From positions 651,494 to 715,493 of the forward strand of contig NW_014577085.1 in assembly GCF_000485595.1 (NCBI RefSeq): a DNA stretch of 64,000 nucleotides, in the 5' to 3' direction. The notes under the pieces were generated by a model, which saw nothing but the letters and a program-made list of their open reading frames with translations, searched no databases and had not been told where the DNA came from. How positions within the stretch are numbered: the stretch's first letter is position 1; each line of letters starts with the position of its first letter. The DNA is from Priapulus caudatus (taxonomy: Eukaryota). Below, piece by piece: positions 1 through 10,267 of the stretch. Position numbers and translations under genes: made by a program.

Positions 1-10
1 AGACAGAGTG

Positions 11-88
<78 letters not shown>
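1..88. repeat. (GA)n microsatellite
   Basis: Near-perfect GA dinucleotide run at the window start. Confidence 0.95.
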
Positions 89-90
<2 letters not shown>

Positions 91-844
91 ATCGAGGGCA
101 TTGTACACGTGCACGAGTAAGACCGCTACGTTTCCGCGTCTCTAGATCTATCAATCACTTTGCCGTAGGCGTACGCAGGCTGTAACATACGTCGAGCCGA
201 TTGTAGCGCGTTAAGTGTTATAACGACGCAGGTAAGGTGCCTGAACCTTACACACGAACACCTGCACGCAATTAGCTTCTATATAGATGCTGCGCGGCGA
301 TGTACGACAGATTATAACACAGACTTTCCACAGATTATAACGTTTTTCAACAATTTACAACTATTGTTTATGTTTTGTTCCGACCCTCAGCGAAAACGTT
401 TTCACGCTAAAGCGGAATGAGAAGACGACCGGTCGATATAAAGCGCAGGGAACTGGGAGCTCTCAAACATTTAATAAGCCTACATAAAAATACTATCGGT
501 GTCGTTGACAGCTTTTAAGAGCGCTGCAACTATAATCCACGGAGACGAACTATTATGCAAATTGCATCTACATGCATAGAATACGACTGAAATGAAGAAA
601 GGTATATACGAACATATAACAACAAAATGTAATAATGTAGGTACAGAATTAACTAAACGAAGTAAAACATCGTCGCAGTGATAATTAATCACGGTTAGGC
701 ACAAATGAAGACGACGTCCGATTAACAGCTAAATATCTCGCATTGGCATGATGAGAGACGTTACGTAACCAGTGTAACAGAATCCATCATTCATGTATAC
801 ATCGACATGAGATGCCAGACTCAATAAATAACCAATGTCTGACA

Positions 845-875
<31 letters not shown>

Positions 876-1152
876 CACACTGCTTTGATAAGCACTGCAC
901 AGGTTCACGTTTATAGACCGACCGACCGACCATACATAGCTAAGATGTTCTTGCGCATGTACAGCCGGCTATAGGCAGCAAGAGAGCCAGCTAGGGAGTC
1001 AGCCGACAGCATCTTACTCGCAGGGCTACTAAATGCCCGTGCGCACACGATGAGAGAGTGAGAAAGATCGAGAGAGCATCGCTGATCATCTATAAAATGG
1101 GGGGGGGGTTGGTTGCGTGTGTACGCACGAGGTAGAGTCCCTTAACATACAG

Positions 1153-1205
1153 ACGCACGCACGCGCGCGCACGCACGCACGCACGCACGCACGCGCGCGC
1201 GCGCG

Positions 1206-1258
<53 letters not shown>
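1153..1258. repeat. Compound (GCAC)n/(GC)n/(CA)n microsatellite
   Basis: Directly visible alternating purine-pyrimidine tract. Confidence 0.9.
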
Positions 1259-1261
<3 letters not shown>

Positions 1262-3733
1262 AGCACGGGGATTCTAGCTGTAGCGCGCGTTACACGGGGT
1301 AAAGAGCCGATGGCGTCTGAGCATTTGCCAGCTTCTGTTTCCCAACATAACGCTCTGCCTAGAATACGGCTTCCGTCTCTTCCTCCCTACATCGAATAGC
1401 TTACCACGCTTAAAACTCCTCACGGAAATTTCGACGATTATCCGGACACCGAAAACGTCAACTGCTCAATAATGTACAAATAGTTATATCTGCTTATAGC
1501 CCGTAGTTGACATGCAAGGTGAGGCGAACAGAGCGACACCGTTATCCATCTATACTCGCAAATGTAACATGACAACGGCAATTCTAGCAAGAGAACAGAT
1601 GTTACAGCAGCAGATATTTCTATTCGAAACGGAAGTGCCAACTTCGCTACATGGTACGTTGTACCATTCATTTGTCAGTGTAGCTCTAACAGAAAATCGT
1701 TAAACGCCATCAATAAAAAATTTCATTATGCTCCATTAGAGTTGGTCAGATCTTATTACGTACATACGTGCCCCTAACTGACCCTACCTAGAACCAGACT
1801 GCGTTGTTATTGAGTGGAATATATATACATACCGTTCACCCAACAACGCAGACACATATACAGCAAGATGTATCGTGCCAGCAAATCTGCCAGAAAACAT
1901 GCCAACCATTTACTTTTGTACCAAATAATTTTCACATAAACATTAACAGAAGCGAACCAGTTCCATCGCAATATGTAGGCCCTATATGATTCGCTCATGA
2001 TATTAAGTAATAAACCCACTATATATAACACCTGTAAAATGCATGGAAGCACAATACACCATTTAACAAATCTGAGACCATAAAGTAATATTGCACTGCC
2101 AATACACATAATAGCAAATAAATAATATGGAATGAGCAAACCGTCATTTGCTTCTTACTGTATATGCATTTCATACCGACACACACATCACGAAAAACGT
2201 ACAGACACTAATAAATACGCACCTGACTACACACAAGTGTGTCAAATGCTCGATAAATATCCCGGATTAGATATACTAATTAATGTACGGCCCCGTTTCT
2301 ACACCAGGCTCCGTCTCACGTTCGCTCTACGTCGCTGGAGGTAATAAAGGCGGTTCCCAGCACCCGATATTTAATACGAAGAATCATTTCCCTTCCCGGT
2401 GGAAGACGGGCCACACAAGCACACGTTCGACCTCTCTGTTGTCCATACATCTTTGGCGCGTAGGTAAAACAACGAGTCAAACAGTCAAACACAGCACAAA
2501 CCATTCTACCGGTCTGCGCAAAACTCGGGTTCCCACGAGGAAACCGATTGCGCAGAACCAACACAGAAAACAAACAAAACAACATCAACGCGCGATATAG
2601 CACGACACCTTCTTTACATAATCTTACACAAAAATGACAATCATAAATAGTAAAAACATCGGCTACGCGGTAACACGAACAACCGATTAAAACATCACGT
2701 CATGCTTTTATCGAATGCATAAACGACTAAAAACCGAAATGACTAGCTTATGTTGGCGCACCCATGAGCTCGTCGCTCTCCTCTTCGCCCTGCTAATGAA
2801 TGGCCCGACTGATTAACAGTCGTGCTCGTAATTAAAAAGCGCACGTTTTAAGACATCGCGCACGCACGCACCGACAACCGTGTGCACAGAGAAAACCGCG
2901 CACACGGCGCGCGCGCGCGTTGAATGTCACAGACAAACCGTGCCACTTACACGCTCAGCCGGTCGTGCTCGCGCAGCAAATTTCAGTTTGCCGCTATATA
3001 TCTACGAGTAATTAGCTCGTGTTGCAGCGAGCTATGCGGCGGCGCGGGAGAGACGACGGCCGGGCGACACATAAGAACTTGAGACTCATCGAACCAAACA
3101 AGGCATTACGCTCCTAAGTGACGCCGGATTGACGGCTGGCATTTTTCGTCTATATAGCAGGCTACTATATATCCGCACCCCTTTATACAGCCATACATGC
3201 GCACACACACGCACGCTCGCACGGACACGCACACACACGCACGCACGCGCGCACACACACACACACACACGACGGCGTCGATGTCGCTCCGCTCGGAAAT
3301 TACGCTGAATAGACGGAGCTCGCACTTAACTCGCTGTATTCGGGCAGTTAAATAGAAGAAGATTAACATTTCGCTATCCGTGTCTCGTATAGCGAGTGCT
3401 CCTGCTGTCGCTGCTACAGTTGCCTCCGTCAAAACACGATGGCTACGTCCGTGCGTGCGTGCGCGCCCTCAATGCTTTCTGAAGACCGTGGGGGATGCGA
3501 AGAGATTAGGAAGTTGCTGTCGAGGCGCGTCAGTGGCCCTCCTTCTCCGATGGGCTTGCGGTGAAGGAGATAACGGCCGACTGCGCGGCTGAGTTATTGC
3601 GGGCAGCAGCAGCAGCGGTCGGATTTGCGGAGAGAGAAGCCTTCACTGTGATGCGCGGCCGACTCCGAGAGCGCCGAGGCTGCGCGGGCGCGGGAGGGAG
3701 GGGGGGGGTGTAGCACGACGTCGCCTGCGCGTA

Positions 3734-4115
3734 GCGCAAGCACGCAATCACGCAAGCACGCAAGCAAGCAAGCAAGCAAGCACGCACGCACGCACGCAAG
3801 CACGCAATCACGCAAGCAAGCAAGCACGCACGCACGCACGCACGCACGCAATCACGCAAGCAAGCACGCACGCATGCAAGCACGCACGCATGCAAGCACG
3901 CACGCACGCAAGCAATCACGCAAGCAAGCACGCATGCACGCACGCACGCAATCACGCAAGCAAGCACGCACGCATGCAAGCACGCACGCACGCACGCAAG
4001 CACGCAATCACGCAAGCAAGCACGCACGCAAGCACGCACGCACGCAAGCACGAAATCACGCAAGCAAGCACGCACGTACGCATGCAAGCACGCACGCACG
4101 CAAGCACGCAATCAC

Positions 4116-4146
<31 letters not shown>

Positions 4147-4386
4147 CGCACGCACGCAATCACGCAAGCAAGCACGCACGCACGCACGCACGCATGCAAG
4201 CACGCACGCATGCAAGCACGCACGCACGCAAGCACGTAATCACGCAAGCAAGCACGCACGCACACATGCAAGCACGCACGCACGCACGCAAGCACGCACG
4301 CAAGCAAGCACGCACGCACGCAAGCACGCACGCCCGCATGCAAGCACGCACGCCATCACGCACGCACGCACGTACGCACGCCATCA

Positions 4387-4429
<43 letters not shown>

Positions 4430-4456
4430 GCCACACACGCACACACACGCACGCAC
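3734..4456. repeat. ~720-bp compound tetranucleotide satellite (GCAC/GCAA/GCAT, punctuated by GCAATCAC)
   Basis: Largely in-register 4-nt units. Explains the many spurious RACV/HAST ORFs. Confidence 0.95.
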
Positions 4457-4844
4457 GGGCGCCAGACAGGCTCATCTCTAACCGATATCCACGGGTTTGT
4501 TTCCTCCTCTTACGCGACACTAATTAGAAACTAGGAGCTGGTCGGGGGGGGGGTGCGGGGGTGGCTTCATAGAAGCATGGAATGTTTTCGGCCACTTGTG
4601 AAGATCAGCATCATAAAGCGAGGCCCGAGCGCTTTTATTCAATTTGATCGTGCAATTTATCTTGCATCGCTGGCTAGAGAGGTCAGCAGCCGATACGAAC
4701 GAGCAGTACTGTGGGGAGCAGTCATAGCCAGGAGAGCATCACGTACCTAACCTGTCCCTCACAATGCGTAATAAACAGCACCTCTGTCTCTTCCTCTCAC
4801 TAACGTTTCTTAACACTGATACTACCAGAACCCACCCACCTGAC

Positions 4845-5247
<403 letters not shown>

Positions 5248-6145
5248 CTGCCCAGCTAGTCTGACAACAAAAACAAAAGTCCCTCCCACATCGTCGGCTG
5301 CAGCCTCAGACTCCAGCTAATGCCGAAGCTGCGCAGCTTGCTGTACATTATTCATAAACACGCGCTGTGTCACGACAGTCCCGTGGGTGGAACTGCTGTA
5401 GCTTCTTCTCAATTATTGATGCAAGGCGGATCAGGCTCACACACACGCGCGCGCAAATACACACGCAGACACATGCACGCACATACATGGAAACATGCAC
5501 GCGCACACCCACACGCAAGAATGTACGCACGCACGCTCATCCCATCTGGACTAGAGCGATAAAGACATCAGTAAGTGTCCAGTCATTTCTTTCTCGTTCA
5601 CCTTAGCGTCAGTTCATTGAGAAGTGTAAATGAGTGAAGGAAAAGAAGCAAACTTTATCAACAGCTAAGCCTACTCCCGTTGCATGCACGCGTGTTGCTG
5701 GTCCCACTTAAACGCGAGTGCTGCACTAAGAAGACCGCATGAAGCATGCCTCAATCAGACTGTCCTCATCGACATAGCATATAGCAACATCACGCAATGT
5801 TTCAACACTGCAGGGAAAGAGTGTCGGATATCACAGAAGTCCTATAACAGAACTTACTGCAATAAATGCTAGAAACTAGATGCTAAACGTTAGAAAGCTG
5901 CAATGGGGCACACTGAATAAACGCTATCCATCTGCCCCTTTGACAACCACGATGCACGCACCCTCAGCTATAATATCCCTCTCTCACACACGCTTTTCTC
6001 TTTGTCTATCCATCTATCTTTCTCACGCTTGTCTTTATGTCTGTTACCTTCTCTACACTTCTCTCTCGCTCTTTCTTTTCCCCCTCTCTCATTCTCTTAC
6101 TCTCTCAACCCACTCGCCATCGAAACCAAACAGGAATGGCATCTC

Positions 6146-6439
6146 GTCATGACAACGGGGGGAAGATGTGATAAGAGTAGTCATGACAACGGAGGAAGAT
6201 GTGATAAGAGTAGTCATGACAACGGGGGAAGATGTGATAAGAGTAGTCATGACAACGGAGGAAGATGTGATAAGACTAGTCATGACAACGGGGGAAGATG
6301 TGATAAGAGTAGTCATGACAACGGAGGAAGATGTGATAAGACTAGTCATGACAACGGGGGAAGATGTGATAAGAGTAGTCATGACAACGGAGGAAGATGT
6401 GATAAGAGTAGTCATGACAACGGGGGAAGATGTGATAAG
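6146..6439. repeat. 33-bp minisatellite, ~9 copies, just 3' of the Dlg stop
   Basis: Unit GTCATGACAACGG(A/G)GGAAGATGTGATAAGA(G/C)TA. The A and G variants alternate, giving a 66-bp higher-order period. Confidence 0.95.
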
Positions 6440-6466
6440 TGGTAGTCCTTCCTCAGGTAGGAGCGA

Positions 6467-9400
6467 TCAGAGCCTCTCCTTCGCCGGCACCCAGACGTTG
6501 GGCCCCGACTGGTCGCGGATGACCTCCTTCACCCTCGCGTAGATCTCGTCGGCCGTGTCGCCCGTCACGACGGCCGTGAAGTACTCGGCAAACTCCTGCT
6601 CGAGCTTGAGCGCGCGCTCGTACATCCGCCGCGCCTGCTCCTCGTTCGTGCGCTTCAGCATCTCGGCGAGCGACTCGGCCGAGCGCGGCCGGATGAAGAT
6701 CGCGATCGGGTACAGCTGCGCCACCTGGAGGCGCTTGATGGCGTTGCCGCTCACGTCGAGGATGCAGTGNNNNNNNNNNNNNNNNNNNNNNNNNGTTGGG
6801 CCGACTGGTCGGGCGATGACTCCTTCACGGAGAGCTCGCGGTAGATCTCGTCGGCCGTGTCGCCCGTCACGACGGCCGTGAAGTACTCGGCAAACTCCTG
6901 CTCGAGCTTGAGCGCGCGCTCCACGTACATGCTACGCGGCCGCGGCGACCTGCTCCTCGTTCGTGCGCTTCAGCATCTCCGGCGAGCGACTCTCGCCGAG
7001 CGCGGCCGGATGAAGATCGCGATCGGGTACAGCTGCGCCACCTGGAGGCGCTTGATGGCGTTGCCGCTCACGTCGAGGATGCAGTGCTTGCCGCTCTCGC
7101 AACTTCGCCTGCCGGACGCGGCACGCTCGTGCCGTACATTGTCGTTGTAACTGGCCGCGCCTGCGATGAACAGGTGGTTCTGGATGTCGCGCTCCATCTG
7201 CTCGCGCAGCGGACGCGACAAAGTGGTAGTCGCGCGCGTCCACCTCGTACTCGCGCCGCGGTCGCGGCGTCGTGTGCGGCACGCAGCCTGCGCGAAGCGC
7301 TCCGGAACTCGTGATGCAGTGTCGTCGCTTGGACCGGCGGTCCTTGAGCGCGCCGAGCGACTCGACACAGGCCGCGTGTAGGCGCGCTGGTTGCTGGCAC
7401 CGACGCGCCTCAGTTGAAAAGGGGAAACAGCGGCGTCGCCCGTCCGCCGCGTCCAGGTGACTGCTCGTCGCCCATCTACTCGCTCTATCTCGTGCCTCCG
7501 AGTCGCGGCCGCTCTCTTCGAGAAGAAAGTGCTTCTCTTGTTCTCTTCTCGACGTGCCGACTGAATTCGTCGCCGCCCGGCAGCCGCGGCCAGCCCGTGC
7601 CCCGCCGCACGCCGCGCCGCTGCCGCCGCCGCCCTTTCCCGAGAACTTCACCTGCTTGACGCGTGAGCGCTCGCGCCGCTCCACGCGCTTCTTGCTCGGG
7701 ATGATGCCGATGCCTTCCTCGTCGCCGTCGACGAGCACCTTGCGCGCCTGCCACCACTCGTCGTCGCTCGCGTTCGTCACGTGCAGGATGTCGCCGTAGC
7801 CGAACGGCAGGCCGCGACTCGGCAGCCCGCTGTCGCGCGCCGGGTCGTAGTCGAAGAGCGCGCGCACGTAGAGCGTCCGCTTCTGCGACGTGCGAAGGCT
7901 TCCCGTGCCGGTGCTCAGCATCTGCTCGCGCAGCGTGTGGATCTTCGCCTCGAAGCAGTTGTACTCGTCGGGTCGGTAACGCGCGACGATCGCCACCGTG
8001 TGGCCGGCGTTCTTCAGCGCCGTCGCCGCCTGCTCGTGCGTCGCCAGCGTCAGGTCGGCTCCGTTCACCGACACGATCTGGTCGCCGCGCCGCAGCTCGC
8101 CGCTCAGGTCGGCCGGTCCGCCGGCGAGGATGAACGAGATGAAGATGCCCTCGCCGTCCTCGCCGCCGACGATGTTGAAGCCGAGGCCGGACGCGCCGCG
8201 CGACAGCACGACGCGCCGCGGCTCGCGCGTCATCTCCCCGTCGTCGCTCACTGGCGTCGCGAGGTCCGACAGGTCGCCGCCGCCGCCGCCGCCGTTGCCG
8301 CAGCCGGCGACGTCGAGGTCGTCGAACGAGTCGCGGGTCGTGCGGATGATCGGCAGCGCGACGGGCTTCAGCTTGGTGAGGTGCGGCGGCGCGCACGGCG
8401 ACGATGCGCCAGACGACGCCGGCGCAACCTTCTGGCGCGGCTCGGTGTCGAAGCGTACGACGTGCAGCGGCTCCTGTTTAGCGGCGGCGTAGGACTTCCC
8501 GCTGCTGCGATTCTCCTCCTGCTGAGCGAGCGGCGCATTGAAGCCGACACACGCCTTCTCTCCTCCTCCTCCTCCTCCTGCCTGCTTGTGTGGCGAATAC
8601 AGCCCGTCGTACTCCGGCGGCGGCGTCGCGGCGACGATCGGTGGCGGCGGAGGCGCGCAGTCGTCGGCATCCGCACCGCTGCCGCAGCCTCCGTTGCCCT
8701 TGGCGACGATGAGGAGGACGCGGTCTGCGGTGGCCTTCAGGATGGAGACGGCTTCCTCGTGCGTGATTCCCTCGAGCGTGCGCTCACCGACACACACCAG
8801 CCGGTCGTTCACCTGCATGCGGCCGTCGAGGTGCGCCGCACCGCCCTCGATGATCTTCGTCACGAAGATGCCGTCGTCGCCGGGCACGTGCTGGTTGCCG
8901 ATGCCGCCCGCGATGCTGAAGCCAAGCCCGCGGGTTCCCTTGACGAGCTCGATGACCTCGCTGTCGGCGGGTCGCTGCCGCCGCCGGATGCTGAGGTGCA
9001 CGGTGGCACCAGCGCGCTTCAGGGCCTCGACGGCGGCGGCGTGCGGGACGATGCGCGTGTCGGCGTCGTTCACGCGCTCGATGATGTCGTTCACGCGCAG
9101 GCGTCCGTCGACGGCTGCCGCGCCGCCGGGGATCAGCTTGGTGATGTAGATGCTTGGGTCGTTCTCGACGTGCGGGTTGTCGGTGCCGCCGGCGATGCTG
9201 AAGCCCAGCCCCGTGCTGCCGCGCTCCAGTGACATCTCCTCCCGCTCCCAGTCGTCCTCGTCGCCGTCGTCGCCGACGATCGGATGTGGAAGCTGCTGCT
9301 CGGGCGAGTCGAGCAGGTCGATGCTCGGCGTTTTCGCGCGCCGGATGAACGGCATCGTGAACGGTGGCTCGTCGACGGGCGACGGTGGCGGCGGCGTCGA

Positions 9401-9802
9401 CGACGCGAGCGTGTGGTTGTTTGTCGCCGCGGCGATGACGGCGGAGGTGGGGTCGTGAGCGATCGGAGGCGGCGGCGGCGGGAACGAGGCGTCGTCGAGC
9501 GACTCCTGCCGCGTCTTCTCGAGCGAGGCGATGAGCGAGCGTATCGGCTGCTCCTTCTCCCACTTCTGCGCGATCTGCAGCGTCTCAAGCGTCTTCTGCT
9601 GCAGCGTCTTCGAGTCGTCGAGTAGCGTCAGCTCGTAGAACTCCTGGATGTCGAGCAGCGCCTGGAAAAGCCGGCTCTTGAAGATGCGGATCACCTTCTC
9701 GATGGCCTGCTTCAGTGCCTTGTCGTTTGGCTTCGTCAGCTTGCCGTGATAGTCCTCGAGCAGTTCGAGTGCGCGGTGGGCGTCCTGCTTGCTAACGGGC
9801 AT
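6467..9802 (-). CDS. dlg1: Discs large (Dlg1/SAP97-type MAGUK), intronless CDS; GK region frameshifted and duplicated in a low-quality segment
   Basis: Starts [18 protein letters not shown] (L27 domain; ATG 9802, in-frame ATG also at 9811). Three PDZ domains (GLGFSIAGG twice, GLGFNIVGG). SH3 YVRALFDY...DDEWWQA. GK motifs [59 protein letters not shown]. Typical C-terminus [14 protein letters not shown] (TGA 6469-6467). Continuous frame from 9802 to ~7600. 6795-7560 is indel-rich, and 6795-7087 duplicates 6496-6769 across the N gap. Confidence 0.95.
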
Positions 9803-10267
9803 CTTGTACATCACGTAGCGTTTGCGATTCCCAGGCTACACGATGGCGTTCCCGCGCCTGCCGCATCACATAGCCGCGCACATGGCCGTCGCCGGTGAGC
9901 GCTGGTGGTCCTGACGATGGCGAGCGACACGCCACCTGGTGTCGCGTCTCGGGGCGAGATGAAGCGGAAAGCCGCGGATGATCGTCTCGGTTGTGAGGCG
10001 CACAGCGCTGTATCAGATGACAATCGCTCGCCGTTTGCTTGATGTGGTGTCGATCACGTAATGCGGTTGTTGTTGTTGGAAGGAACGGCGCTTCGTGCCT
10101 ATCAACAAATTCTCGCCGATCCCTCAACCGTGTGACAAACACAGCAATGACGTGTCAATCTTATGGCAGATGACAAGAAATCGTGCCGGACAAATTGTGA
10201 CTAACCACACGAGAGTGAGGTGATGTATAATGAATACGACAGCTGATAGTCTAGTGTCTCACGGTTA

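Noticed and set aside
3380..3733. GC-rich stretch as an exon of an additional gene
   Set aside because: No recognisable motif or convincing splice sites; frames run into the microsatellite.
6146..6439. 33-bp repeats as a CRISPR array
   Set aside because: Units are contiguous with no unique spacers; eukaryotic context and no cas genes.
7485..9625. Long overlapping and antisense ORFs (up to 483 aa) over Dlg
   Set aside because: Expected shadow ORFs of a very GC-rich coding sequence lacking stops in other frames.
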